This document shows positions 1 to 11,404 of a stretch of 57,697 nucleotides of DNA, piece by piece. This stretch comes from Pseudomonadota bacterium (GTDB lineage: Bacteria; Bdellovibrionota; FAC87; UBA2466). The translations under genes were made by a program, and so were the position numbers. Within the stretch, counting starts at the first letter, position 1. Each line of letters opens with the position of its first letter. The stretch spans positions 1 to 57,697 of the forward strand of contig JAYUGC010000134.1 in assembly GCA_043767805.1 (NCBI GenBank), read 5' to 3'. The notes under the pieces were generated by a model. The model was not told the origin of the DNA. It saw only the letters and a list, made by a program, of their open reading frames with translations, and ran no database searches.

Positions 1-497
1 AAGAGATCGGCACGCTGGTAATCCACCTGGGCCGACATCAGGTTGAAGGCGATTCCCAGGCGAGCGGCCGCGAATAACTTCTTCAATGCCGCCGAGAGAA
101 AAGCCTCCATGGCCTGATGGGATAGCTCGCGCTTTTCGGTAAACACGCCGTTGGCGACGCAGTAATCGACGGGAAGGATAGCCGCTCCCTGGGTCAGAAT
201 GTCGGCTACCTGAAAGTCGCGGCCTGGAAATTTTCGCCGGCAGGCCTCGACGAAAAGCGGAGAGATATCCAAACCGCGATAGGCGAGCCCGCGCGCTTCC
301 GCGGCCGGAACCAAATGGCCCAGACCGCAGCCAAAGTCGAGCAACGTCGCTTTTTCACCCGAAGGCACGAGGTCCAGCATCACCGCGTGACGAACGAATA
401 CGTCCGCCTCTTTGGGCCAGTCGACGCCCAAATGCGAGTCCCCATGCTTTTGATAACAGGCCTCGTAGTGCGCCTGAAGGCAGTGGTAGTCGGCCAT
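1..497 (-). CDS. Class I SAM-dependent methyltransferase (3' end runs off the window; not in the ORF track)
   Basis: Manual translation from ATG at 497: MADYHCLQAHYEACYQKHGDSHLGVDWP...TLLDFGCGLGHL...YRGLDIS...; contains motif I (DxGCGxG). The frame is open to position 1 and starts 2 nt after the aceA stop. Confidence 0.85.
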   Translation of the reverse strand, partial: MADYHCLQAHYEACYQKHGDSHLGVDWPKEADVFVRHAVMLDLVPSGEKATLLDFGCGLGHLVPAAEARGLAYRGLDISPLFVEACRRKFPGRDFQVADILTQGAAILPVDYCVANGVFTEKRELSHQAMEAFLSAALKKLFAAARLGIAFNLMSAQVDYQRADL

Positions 498-499
498 CC

Positions 500-1777
500 C
501 TAGTGGAACTGTTCTTCCTCGGTGGAGCCCTTGAACGCTGAGGTGGAAAGATTGCCGCTCGCGATCACCTGCGCCACCTGATCGAAGTAACCAGTTCCCA
601 CGAACTTCTGGTGCGCGGTCGCCCGGTAGCCTTCGGACTCCTTGCTGAACTCTTCCGTCTGGAAGTTCGCATAGGCCAGCATGCCTTTGTCGCGGTAGTC
701 GCGAGCCAAGTTGAACATGCTGTAGTTGAGCGCGTGGAAACCCGCTAGGGTCACGAACTGGAACTTGTAGCCCATGGCCGCGAGCTCTTTCCTGAACTTC
801 GCGATGGTCGCGTCGTCGAGCTTCTTCTTCCAGTTGAAAGACGGCGAGCAATTGTACGCGAGCATCTGATCGGGATGCTGCTTTCTCACCGCTTCGGCAA
901 AGCGCTTGGCTTCCTGAAGATTGGGCTCGGAAGTCTCGCACCAGATCAGATCCGAATAAGGCGCGTAGGCGACTCCGCGGGCGATAGCGGCATCGAGGCC
1001 GCCCTTGATGGTGTAGAAGCCTTCCACCGTTCTGTCGCCGGTGAGAAAGGGCTTGTCGCGATCGTCGATGTCGGTCGTGAGGAGCTGAGCGCCGTTCGCG
1101 TCCGTGCGGGCGATGACGAGAGTCGGCACGCCCATGACGTCGGCGGCGAGACGGGCCGCAACGAGCTTTTGTATGGCGTCTCCGGTACCGACCAGGACTT
1201 TACCGCCCATGTGACCGCATTTTTTCGCGGAAGAGAGCTGATCCTCGAAGTGCACCCCGCCAGCGCCCGCTTCGATCATGTTCTTCATGAGCTCATAGGC
1301 GTTGAGGTTGCCTCCGAAGCCGGCTTCGGCGTCGGCGACGATGGGAGCGAAGTAGTTCGGTCCCTTGCGGCCTTCGGCGGTCGCGATCTCATCGGCGCGG
1401 CGAAAAGCATTGTTGATCCGGCGGACCAGGGCCGGAACGCTATCGACGGGATAGAGACTCAAGTCGGGATACACCTGACCGGACTCGTTGGCGTCGGCGG
1501 CGACTTGCCATCCGCTGCAGTAAATCGCGGGAAGCCCGGCTTCCACCTGTTGCACGGCCTGGTTGCCGGTCATGGCGCCGAGAGAGAACACGCATTCGTC
1601 GGTGTGGAGCTGCTTCCAGAGGCGCTCGGCTCCCAGCCGGGCGAGCGTGTACTCGATGTGAATGGAGCCGCGGAGCTTGACGACGTCTTCGGCTTGATAA
1701 GGACGCTCGATGCCCTTCCAGCGTACGTCCTTCTTCCAGCTCTCTTGCAATTCCGAAGCGGTCTTCAGCGTCCCCAT
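500..1777 (-). CDS. aceA: Isocitrate lyase
   Basis: KKCGHMGGK catalytic signature, DAEAGFGG and [10 protein letters not shown]. Start set at MGTLK (1777), behind a GGGGAG SD. Confidence 0.97.
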   Translation of the reverse strand: MGTLKTASELQESWKKDVRWKGIERPYQAEDVVKLRGSIHIEYTLARLGAERLWKQLHTDECVFSLGAMTGNQAVQQVEAGLPAIYCSGWQVAADANESGQVYPDLSLYPVDSVPALVRRINNAFRRADEIATAEGRKGPNYFAPIVADAEAGFGGNLNAYELMKNMIEAGAGGVHFEDQLSSAKKCGHMGGKVLVGTGDAIQKLVAARLAADVMGVPTLVIARTDANGAQLLTTDIDDRDKPFLTGDRTVEGFYTIKGGLDAAIARGVAYAPYSDLIWCETSEPNLQEAKRFAEAVRKQHPDQMLAYNCSPSFNWKKKLDDATIAKFRKELAAMGYKFQFVTLAGFHALNYSMFNLARDYRDKGMLAYANFQTEEFSKESEGYRATAHQKFVGTGYFDQVAQVIASGNLSTSAFKGSTEEEQFH

Positions 1778-1797
1778 TTTATCTCCCCCTGTTAGGC

Positions 1798-3357
<1,560 letters not shown>

Positions 3358-3516
3358 CGAAATATTTTGTGTCTAATGAAAGGGATTGTCGACGATTTTT
3401 ACGCAAAGCGGGAGAGAGGCTTAGTCCGGCGAGAGCGCAGAGCTTTCCCTGCCCAACAATTAGACAGCGAGAGTACGAGCGAAAAAGCCAGGTACGGAAG
3501 CTTTGGTTTCAGAGAG

Positions 3517-3759
3517 TTATTCGAAACCCAAGGCGTGGAGCTGCTCAACGCCGCTACAACGAGGCAGGCCGAGGCCCGCAGTGCGTGGACCGACGTCGCA
3601 AGCTGGCCTTTTCACATCGGTTTGAGAGGCCGGAGCCCGCTTTTCGACGAGTTTTCCAATCACCCAGTGGCCCACGCCCAAACAACCTATCCCCAGCAGG
3701 AAGGCCAGGGAAAGAGACGCTATTTCGCGGTGTATGCGTGAGTCATCTTTAGGGTGCAT
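3517..3759 (-). CDS. Putative small single-TM protein of unknown function
   Basis: 80-aa ORF filling the intergenic gap, with one hydrophobic segment (IASLSLAFLLGIGCLGVGHWVI). No recognisable family. Confidence 0.4.
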   Translation of the reverse strand: MHPKDDSRIHREIASLSLAFLLGIGCLGVGHWVIGKLVEKRAPASQTDVKRPACDVGPRTAGLGLPRCSGVEQLHALGFE

Positions 3760-3834
3760 ATGCCGCTATCCATTGCAATCCGGCGGCCGATCTAACGCAG
3801 CGTGGGTCCGGAGGGCTAAGTTATAATTAACTGG

Positions 3835-5001
3835 ATGAAAATCACCCTTTCCGTGGCCGGGCGCCTGCATTCCTTCGAAGCGGCGCGCGAGCTCGAAAGC
3901 CGGCAAAGCCTCGCGCACTTGATGACGAGCTACCCGCGCTTCGCGGTCACGCCGCACGGAATTCCCGCGAACAAAGTGAAGAGCCATCCCTGGATGGAGG
4001 TCTCTCGCCGCCTCTGGGGAAAGATGCCCGAGGCTATGAAGGATCGCTGGAACGCGCAGTTCTTTTTCGATCATCAGTTCGATCTCTGGGCCGCGAGACA
4101 ACTGCGCGCGGACTCGGACGTCGTGGTCGGCTGGTCCGGCTGTTCGCTTTCCACCCTTCGCCGCGCGAAAGAGCTAGGAATGGTGGCCACCGTCGATCGC
4201 GGCAGCAGCCACATGCTCACTCAGCAGAGGCTTCTCGAGGAAGAGTACGCGCGCTTCGGCCTGAAGTTCGTCCTCACGCACCCCCGCACCATCGAACAAG
4301 AGGTGACCGAGTACGCGGAAGCCGACGTCATTCAGGTGGGAAGCTTATTTGCGATGAAGACGTTCAAAGAACACGGCGTTCCGGAGTCTAAAATTTTGCA
4401 TCTGCCCTACGGCTTCGTGCCGAACACTTTTAAAAGCACGGCGCCCAAGGACAAAGGCTTTCGGATCGTCTTCTGCGGCAACCTTTCGCTGCGCAAAGGG
4501 CTCGTCTACCTGCTCGAGGCGTTTAGCCAATTGAAACTCAAAGACGCGGAGCTTTGGGTCTTCGGCGGTCCCAGTGCCGATTTCGACGCGGCCAAGATCA
4601 AGCTCGATCGCCCGGGCGTAAAGTACTTCGGCAAGCAGCCCTGGAGCGTGCTCGCCGAGCATTTTTCCCGCGGAAGCGTGTTCTGCCTTCCGTCCATCGA
4701 AGACGGGTTCGCGATGACCTTGCTCCAGGCGATGGCCTGCGGCCTACCCGCCATCGGCACCGATCATTCGGGCGCGCCGGATGCGGTTCGAAGCGGGCAA
4801 GAGGGCTTCGTCGTTCCCATCCGCAACGTCGACGCGCTCAAAGAATCCATTCTCTGGTGCTACCGGAACCGGGAGCGTTGCGACGAAATGGGGCAAGCCG
4901 CCCAGCGCCGGGTCTACGAGCAATTCCAATGGAAAAACTACGCCGACAAAATGCTCGCCTACTACACAACCCGCCTCTCCCAAACCAAGCGGGCCATCTA
5001 A
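3835..5001 (+). CDS. GT4 (group 1) glycosyltransferase
   Basis: FCGNLSLRKG and LPSIEDGFAMTLLQAMACGLP GT-B motifs. TATAAT lies 7 nt upstream of the ATG. Confidence 0.92.
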   Translation: MKITLSVAGRLHSFEAARELESRQSLAHLMTSYPRFAVTPHGIPANKVKSHPWMEVSRRLWGKMPEAMKDRWNAQFFFDHQFDLWAARQLRADSDVVVGWSGCSLSTLRRAKELGMVATVDRGSSHMLTQQRLLEEEYARFGLKFVLTHPRTIEQEVTEYAEADVIQVGSLFAMKTFKEHGVPESKILHLPYGFVPNTFKSTAPKDKGFRIVFCGNLSLRKGLVYLLEAFSQLKLKDAELWVFGGPSADFDAAKIKLDRPGVKYFGKQPWSVLAEHFSRGSVFCLPSIEDGFAMTLLQAMACGLPAIGTDHSGAPDAVRSGQEGFVVPIRNVDALKESILWCYRNRERCDEMGQAAQRRVYEQFQWKNYADKMLAYYTTRLSQTKRAI

Positions 5002-5013
5002 AAGCTAAAAGGA

Positions 5014-5092
5014 GCTAAAAGGTGTGTGGATACTTTTAGCTACGGCAAGATCCGGCCCGTCGCTGGCTAAAAGTATCCACACACCTTTTAGC
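5014..5092. repeat. Perfect 27-bp inverted repeat (REP-like element or bidirectional terminator) between convergent genes
   Basis: GCTAAAAGGTGTGTGGATACTTTTAGC (5014-5040) and its exact reverse complement (5066-5092). Additional GCTAAAA / CTTTTAGC half-sites flank it. Confidence 0.85.
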
Positions 5093-5105
5093 GAAAAAGT
5101 ACCTT

Positions 5106-6467
5106 TTAGCGGATGCCGAGCTCTTTCATTTTTAGCTGGAGCCCCTTGCGGCTGATGTTCAGCTTTTTGGCGGCGCGAGTGACGTTGTTCTCCGTCTCGA
5201 CGAGCGCCTCCTCGATGGCCTTCTTCTCGATGCGGCGAGTGGCCTCCTTGACCTGCTCTTTGAGCGAAGCGCCGGGTCCGAGCGCGCGCTCCTCTTCGTA
5301 CTCGAGAATGTCTTCGGGAAGCTGATCCGCGATGAGCTCCTGGCCATCGCTCATCACGATGAGCCGCTCGATGACGTTCTCGAGCTGACGGATATTGCCG
5401 GGCCAAGTGAATTGCGTGAGCAGCTCCAGGGATTCCGCGCTCACTCTGGGGACGGATTTTTTCATTCGCTCGGAGAACTTGCCGACGAAGTAAGCGACAA
5501 GCTGAGGGATGTCATCCCGCCGATCGCGCAGCGGGGGAAGCGCGATGGGAACGACGTTCAGGCGATAAAAAAGATCTTCGCGGAAGTTGCCTTCTTTGAC
5601 TTCCTTTTCGATATCCCGGTTGGTCGCGGCAACGAGGCGCACGTTCACTTTCAAGGTACGAAGTCCGCCGACGCGCTCGAAAGTGCCATCTTGAAGCACC
5701 CGCAAGAGCTTCACTTGCATCTCGGTGCTCATCTCGCCAATCTCATCCAAAAAGAGGGAGCCGCCGTCGGCAAGCTCGAAGCGGCCGGGCTTTGCGGTAC
5801 CCGCGCCCGTGAACGCGCCCTTCTCGTACCCAAAGAGCTCGCTCTCCATGAGTGTTTCCGGAATGGCCGCGCAGTTAATCTTGATGAAGGGCTCCTTCGC
5901 CCGAGGACTCGCTTCATGAATCGCCTGCGCGATGAGCTCCTTACCCGTTCCGCTCTCGCCGGTGATGAGCACCGTCGAATCGGTGGGCGCGACCTTTTCG
6001 ACTAGGCCGTAGATGCGCTTCATCTTGCTGTTTGATCCCACCATGGCCGAGCCCGCGAAATTCGCGCCCGCGGTGCGCACGAATTGGCTCGCTTGGTACT
6101 TATAGGTCAAAAGCGCTTTGCGAATCCCGCGCGTGAGCTCCGAGCGCTCGAAAGGTTTGGCGACGTAGTCATAGGCGCCCTGCTTCATGGCGTCGACCGC
6201 GCTATCGACCGTACCGTGCGCCGTCAGAATGATCACCGGAATGGTGGGGTACTCTTCCCGTACCCATTTGAGCATCTGCAAGCCGTCTTCCCGCTCGAGA
6301 CGCAAGTCCGTGAGAATGACGTGAATCTCTTTCAAGCGGACCAGCTCTTTGGCTTCCGCGATGGTGGCCGCCGTCTCTACCTCGTGGCCCTCGGCGAGAA
6401 GCATGGCGGACAGAATCTTTCTGAGCGGTGGCTCGTCGTCCAAAATCAGGATGCGGGAAGTGCTCAT
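5106..6467 (-). CDS. Sigma54-dependent response regulator (NtrC family: REC-AAA+-Fis HTH)
   Basis: REC domain (ILILDDE...TDLRL), GESGTGKE, ESELFGYEKGAFTGA, WPGNIRQLEN and a C-terminal HTH. Confidence 0.95.
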   Translation of the reverse strand: MSTSRILILDDEPPLRKILSAMLLAEGHEVETAATIAEAKELVRLKEIHVILTDLRLEREDGLQMLKWVREEYPTIPVIILTAHGTVDSAVDAMKQGAYDYVAKPFERSELTRGIRKALLTYKYQASQFVRTAGANFAGSAMVGSNSKMKRIYGLVEKVAPTDSTVLITGESGTGKELIAQAIHEASPRAKEPFIKINCAAIPETLMESELFGYEKGAFTGAGTAKPGRFELADGGSLFLDEIGEMSTEMQVKLLRVLQDGTFERVGGLRTLKVNVRLVAATNRDIEKEVKEGNFREDLFYRLNVVPIALPPLRDRRDDIPQLVAYFVGKFSERMKKSVPRVSAESLELLTQFTWPGNIRQLENVIERLIVMSDGQELIADQLPEDILEYEEERALGPGASLKEQVKEATRRIEKKAIEEALVETENNVTRAAKKLNISRKGLQLKMKELGIR

Positions 6468-8629
6468 GCCGGTAGCTCTTTCGTACGGAGCTTCTCGGGA
6501 AGCGGATCCCCCTCTTCCCGGAGCGGTAAATGTATCGTAAAGATCGTCCCGCGCGGACGATTCGGCTTAACCGTGATGATACCACCCATCGCTTCCACCA
6601 TGCGCTGGCATATCGCGAGCCCCAGTCCCGTGCCCCGGGGCTTGGTCGTATAGAAGGGCGTGAAAATTTTAGCGCGGCTTTCGGCCGGAATGCCGGGCCC
6701 GTTATCGATGACTTCAATCTCGGCGACGCCTTTGCTGTCGCGCGGGATGGATCGCTGCCAGCCTTCCCATACTTTGTAGAGCGGAAGCTTGCCGGCGAAA
6801 GGAAGCGCGCGCTTGGGCCGAATGGGGCGGACGCGCAATAAGATCCGGGGCGTTTCCGTGTTGCCTTCGAGTGCCTCCACCGCATTCAAGAGCAGATTCA
6901 AGACCACTTGTTTGAGGCCATCCGGATCGGCGTCGACCAAAAAAGTTTCTTTATCGGACTGAATCTCGACCCGGACTTTGGAGTCTTTCAGCAAGAGAGC
7001 GGTCGCGTGCTCGAGGACCCGGACCGGATCGCAACCTTGATGACTCTGCTGCCGGCGGGGTTTGGCGTAATCGAGAAAGTCGGTCAGGACGCCCGAGAGC
7101 CGGTCGGTCTCATCGACGATGATTTTCAAGAACTCGGCGGACGCCGAATCGGTGCCCAGATTTTGGCCGGCGAGTAGCTGAGCCGCGCCTTTGATGGAGC
7201 CCAGCGGATTTTTGATTTCGTGCGCGAGGCCCGCGGCCATCTCTCCCACCGCAGCCAGTTTATTGCGCTCGCTGAGCGTGCCCAGAGTCTGAGAGTTACG
7301 AAGCAGCAAGGCGATTTGGCGAGAGACGGGAATGAAGATGCGAAGCTGCTCGTTGGAAAGCGCCAGCGTCTCCGCCGATTTCACCGCGGAAAATCCGACG
7401 ACCCGGCCCTCGTGAGTGAAGGGTAAAATAAAATCGGCGCCGATTTTGCGCATGCCCTCTATGCACTCCTCGCAAAACTTCCTCGCCTGAACCGAATGGA
7501 AGGAATCGCGGTCGTTCTCCACTGTCTCCACCACGAAAGGACGCCCGCGGCGGAGAATCATGTACTCCACGAGCGGCGCCGTGGAGGATTCCTCGTCATT
7601 GCCGAAGGGCACGCCCTCGGAATCAAAGCGCACGAAGGTGAGGCCGTCTCGCTCCAAGACGAAGAGCGAGCAGGACTGGATGCCAATAGTCTTTCCAAGC
7701 GCCTCACTTACCCGCCGGGAAAGCTCCGCGGGCTCGACTAGACCCCGCAAATTAGCCGACAGCGCCGCGAGCTCGTCCTCCAGCATGCTATTGCTGCGAA
7801 GGAGCAACCGCCGGGTCGCCCAAGCCGTAAACGATCGGATGGGTTCGAAAAGCACGACGATCACCACGGAAGCGATGAGCGTATTGAAAAGGAAGAGGTC
7901 GCGCTTATCTCCGACCCAGCTCACTAGAAACAAATAGATGGTGGAAAGCACCACCGAGACTCCGCTAAAGAGCGCGAGCTTTCCGAGAACTTCCTCGGCG
8001 GTCATCAGCTCCTTCTGCACGAAGGTGTGAAAGATGAAGAACAGGTAAAGCGTCCGCGCCAAGGTCCCCAGCGGAGGCACACTGACTCCCGAAAGGCTCA
8101 GGATGTCGGTCGTAAACACGGCGACCGTGACGATCCCACCGAGATACGCGTACTGAAGGCGAAGCCGCTCGCGGGTCAAAGTCGATTGCACGGCGACGCT
8201 ATGAACGACGATGACCCACACTCCCGCGGGAAAGAGGTAGGCGACGTGGGCCAGAATGAGTAAAAGCGGCGCGTATTTCGGCTCGAAGCCGGGGAGCCAA
8301 AGGACGGCCAGAAGAATCAGAGTCAGCGGAGCATAGGGCCAGAGATATCGCTGAAGGCGGTCGCCCCGAATAGGGACCATTTCCTTTAGGAACCAAAGCG
8401 TCGCCGGCCCGGCCAGCCAGACGGACAAGGTGTGGGTCACCGAGCTCGAGATCCAGGGACTTTGCTGGAACTTTTCGAGGACGGTCACGGCGTCGTGAAC
8501 AAAGAGCACACCCATCCAGCAGGCAAACGCCACGCAAAGGCGACTGCGGATATTGCGAAGCAATGCGGCTATCGCGAGCGATGCGTTAACAAACGCTGCG
8601 ATAACCAGACTTACCGTTTCAACTCCCAT
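6464..8629 (-). CDS. Membrane sensor histidine kinase (multi-TM N-terminus, GAF-like domain, HisKA, HATPase)
   Basis: AAGLAHEIKNPL H-box, NLLLNA N-box, DNGPGI, FTPFYTTKPRGTGLGL; hydrophobic N-terminal ~270 aa. ATGA overlap with the regulator. Confidence 0.93.
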   Translation of the reverse strand: MGVETVSLVIAAFVNASLAIAALLRNIRSRLCVAFACWMGVLFVHDAVTVLEKFQQSPWISSSVTHTLSVWLAGPATLWFLKEMVPIRGDRLQRYLWPYAPLTLILLAVLWLPGFEPKYAPLLLILAHVAYLFPAGVWVIVVHSVAVQSTLTRERLRLQYAYLGGIVTVAVFTTDILSLSGVSVPPLGTLARTLYLFFIFHTFVQKELMTAEEVLGKLALFSGVSVVLSTIYLFLVSWVGDKRDLFLFNTLIASVVIVVLFEPIRSFTAWATRRLLLRSNSMLEDELAALSANLRGLVEPAELSRRVSEALGKTIGIQSCSLFVLERDGLTFVRFDSEGVPFGNDEESSTAPLVEYMILRRGRPFVVETVENDRDSFHSVQARKFCEECIEGMRKIGADFILPFTHEGRVVGFSAVKSAETLALSNEQLRIFIPVSRQIALLLRNSQTLGTLSERNKLAAVGEMAAGLAHEIKNPLGSIKGAAQLLAGQNLGTDSASAEFLKIIVDETDRLSGVLTDFLDYAKPRRQQSHQGCDPVRVLEHATALLLKDSKVRVEIQSDKETFLVDADPDGLKQVVLNLLLNAVEALEGNTETPRILLRVRPIRPKRALPFAGKLPLYKVWEGWQRSIPRDSKGVAEIEVIDNGPGIPAESRAKIFTPFYTTKPRGTGLGLAICQRMVEAMGGIITVKPNRPRGTIFTIHLPLREEGDPLPEKLRTKELPA

Positions 8630-8776
8630 AGTTAACTGCGGTTCCGAGGGTAAAAAAGCTCCCCCTCAAGTACCACATCCGGGCAAGTGGGGTCTAGGCG
8701 GACCCAGGCTCCCGAATAAACCTTTGAGAACTATGCCTAATCGACCGATAGAGACGTTGGAGCGTATTGAAACCCC

Positions 8777-9784
8777 GTGTCTCTCTTTAAAGTAAAAATA
8801 CCTCAGCCGACCCCCTCCGAGACGCCGGAGACGAAGGTCAATATCCCGTCTCGCGGCATCCGCGCGGGAGCGACCAATCAGAAAATGATCTGGGCCGTCG
8901 GCGGCGGCAAAGGCGGCATCGGCAAAACGCTTCTCACGTCCAATATGGGCGTGTATCTCTCGTGGCTGAACAAAAAAGTCGTCGTGGTCGACATGGATCT
9001 CGGCGGCGCGAACCTCCACACGGCTCTCGGCGTGGACGCTCCGACCCGCACCCTCTCCGATCTCGTCATGGGCCGGGTCGAGGACATGCAGGAGCTCGTT
9101 CAGCCGACGCCCATCCGCAATCTCTTTTTGGTGAGCGGAGCCCAGGACGCCATGGGCATCGCGAACATGCGCCACATGCAAAAGGCCCGGCTCATCCGGA
9201 AATTCCGGGAGATCAACGCCGACTTCGTGCTCCTCGATCTCGGCGCCGGAACCGCCTCTAACACGCTCGATTTCTTCCTGCTCGCCGATCAAAAGATCGT
9301 GGTCGTAACCCCCGAGCCCACCAGCATCGAGAACGGTTACCGCTTCATCAAGTCTTCCTTTTACCGCATGCTGCGCTCGGCGACGCCTTCGCCCTACGTC
9401 CGTCAGCTCATCGAACAGGCGATGGACTTGAAAAACAGCCGAGGCATCCGGACGCCGAAAGATTTACTCAATGAAGTGAAACGTCTCTCTCCCGTGGACG
9501 GCGCTGATCTCGAAGCGCGCATGAAGGAGTTCCACGTCTCCCTCATTGTGAACCAGGTCCGCGTGAAGTCGGAAGCCGAGATCGGCAATTCCATCACCAT
9601 GGTTTGCGAGCGCTATTTTGGAATGGGTATCGATTATATGGGTTACATGCCGTACGACAATGCGGTCTGGCAGTCCATCCGCCGCCGCGTGCCCTTTTTA
9701 ATAGATGCTCCCAACAGCACCGCCGTCACTCACCTAGAAGCTATTTTGCGAAACCTTTTGAAGGATCGTCAGGAGAAGAAATGA
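8777..9784 (+). CDS. MinD/FlhG-family ATPase
   Basis: Deviant Walker A GGKGGIGKT, DMDLGGANLH, LLDLGAG and VVTPEPTSIEN. Confidence 0.9.
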   Translation: MSLFKVKIPQPTPSETPETKVNIPSRGIRAGATNQKMIWAVGGGKGGIGKTLLTSNMGVYLSWLNKKVVVVDMDLGGANLHTALGVDAPTRTLSDLVMGRVEDMQELVQPTPIRNLFLVSGAQDAMGIANMRHMQKARLIRKFREINADFVLLDLGAGTASNTLDFFLLADQKIVVVTPEPTSIENGYRFIKSSFYRMLRSATPSPYVRQLIEQAMDLKNSRGIRTPKDLLNEVKRLSPVDGADLEARMKEFHVSLIVNQVRVKSEAEIGNSITMVCERYFGMGIDYMGYMPYDNAVWQSIRRRVPFLIDAPNSTAVTHLEAILRNLLKDRQEKK

Positions 9785-10443
9785 GGCCCGAGCGTAAAAT
9801 GGAAGAGGCGCCGGCTAGAAACGAAGAGACGTATTACGACGTCCTCAAAGTGGATCGCACGGCGACCATCTCGGAAATAGTGGCGGCTTACCACACGGCG
9901 AAAAACGCGTTCTCCCGCGAGTCCATGGCCACCTATTCTCTTTTCAGTCCCGAAGAGACCCAGGGCATTCTGGACCGTCTGGATGAGGCTTTTCACACTC
10001 TCGCCAACATCGAGAAGAAACGCGAGTACGATCACATTCTAGAGCTCAAAGCGCAGAACATCGACGTGCCCTCCATGGCCGACATGGGCATGGCGAGACG
10101 GGCGGAGCTCCAAGGCAAGAAGGAAAAGACGGCGCAAAAAATCGCCGAGTTCACGCCGATCCCGCCCGACTACAAGGGCGAGCTCTCCGGTCACTTCCTC
10201 AAAGGCTTGCGCGAGAATCGCGGCCTCACGGTCGACGACGTTTCGAAGACCACCAAGATTCCATCCAAGTACATCGTCGCCATCGAAAAGGACGACAGCG
10301 CCCATATGCCAGCGCGCGTGTACCTCCAGGGCTTCGTGAAAAACCTGGCCGTTCTCTACAAGCTCGATCCCCAGCTTGTAACGAAGGGGTACCTCGACTA
10401 TACGGACAGGAATGGCGCCCCCTCCGGAAGTTCCAGTCTCTAA
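9781..10443 (+). CDS. J-domain-like plus RodZ-type (XRE) HTH protein
   Basis: N-terminal YYDVLKVDRTATISEIVAAY...AFHTL...KREYD is J-like but lacks HPD. C-terminal LKGLRENRGLTVDDVS..TKI...YLQGFVK is an HTH_25-type motif. ATGA overlap with the ATPase. Confidence 0.8.
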   Translation: MRPERKMEEAPARNEETYYDVLKVDRTATISEIVAAYHTAKNAFSRESMATYSLFSPEETQGILDRLDEAFHTLANIEKKREYDHILELKAQNIDVPSMADMGMARRAELQGKKEKTAQKIAEFTPIPPDYKGELSGHFLKGLRENRGLTVDDVSKTTKIPSKYIVAIEKDDSAHMPARVYLQGFVKNLAVLYKLDPQLVTKGYLDYTDRNGAPSGSSSL

Positions 10444-11404
10444 TCCCCTCCTCGTCGAAGGCGAGACCAGCCGTCTCGACGTCTTTCTTGTGACTCACAC
10501 GGGGCGATCTCGCATGTTCTTGAAGGAACAGATCGAGGCCGGCCACGTAATGGTCAACGACAAGCCCGTCACCAAAGTTTCGGGAAAAGTCAGGCCCGGA
10601 GATAAGGTCAGCTTTCACTTTGTCGAAGCGACCGTTACGGACTTGGAGCCGGTGGACGGAAAGCTCACCGTACTTTTTGAGGATGAAAGCGTCCTCGTCA
10701 TCAATAAGCGCCAAGGCGACGTAGTTCATCCGGGCGCCGGCTACCGCGCTCATACCCTGGTCAATTATCTTTTGTACCACCTCCGGGACGTGTCCACTTT
10801 CGCCGAGCAGAAGACCGGCGAGATCGAGGAGCGTCCCGGCATCGTTCACCGGCTCGATCGCGGAACGAGCGGCGTGATGATCGTCGCGAAAAGCCGGCTA
10901 GTTCAGGAAACGCTCTCTCGTCAATTCAAGGACCGGCTCGTAAAAAAAGAGTACGAAGCCATCGTCTGGGGAAAACCTGGCAACCGTAGCATTTGGCGCT
11001 CGGACATCGGGCGGGATCCGTACGATCGCAAGAAGATGAGCTCGAAGAGCGATCGCGGCCGTGATTCCATCACTAAATGGGAACGGGCTCGCGCTTTTCA
11101 GCACTTCGCGCATCTCATTTTGTATCCGCACACGGGACGAACGCACCAGATCCGCGTGCATTGTTCCGAAGCGGGCTTTCCCATCGTGGGCGACGCTCTG
11201 TACGGAAGAAACAGCACTCCCGTTCGCTTACGTGGTCTTGCTGAGGAAATTGCGAACCTCGCCGCGGCACAGCCAGAAACCCTCTTGCATGCGAGGGCCC
11301 TCACGTTCCATCATCCCGTAACGGGGGCGGAACAGAGGATCGAGGCGCCCCGGCCGGACTCATTCAATACGTTTCTGGGTCTCTTGGAGAAGAAGAACGC
11401 GTGA
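10412..11404 (+). CDS. rluD: RluA/RluD-family 23S rRNA pseudouridine synthase with S4 domain
   Basis: RLDVFL S4 domain, RPGIVHRLDRGTSG and TGRTHQIRVH; followed by a yfiH/pgeF-like gene. Confidence 0.9.
   Translation: MAPPPEVPVSNPLLVEGETSRLDVFLVTHTGRSRMFLKEQIEAGHVMVNDKPVTKVSGKVRPGDKVSFHFVEATVTDLEPVDGKLTVLFEDESVLVINKRQGDVVHPGAGYRAHTLVNYLLYHLRDVSTFAEQKTGEIEERPGIVHRLDRGTSGVMIVAKSRLVQETLSRQFKDRLVKKEYEAIVWGKPGNRSIWRSDIGRDPYDRKKMSSKSDRGRDSITKWERARAFQHFAHLILYPHTGRTHQIRVHCSEAGFPIVGDALYGRNSTPVRLRGLAEEIANLAAAQPETLLHARALTFHHPVTGAEQRIEAPRPDSFNTFLGLLEKKNA

Noticed and set aside
3385..3396. Near-palindrome ATTGTCGACGAT upstream of aceB as a GntR/FadR-type operator
   Set aside because: Short, imperfect and single copy, with no cognate regulator in the window; cannot be supported.
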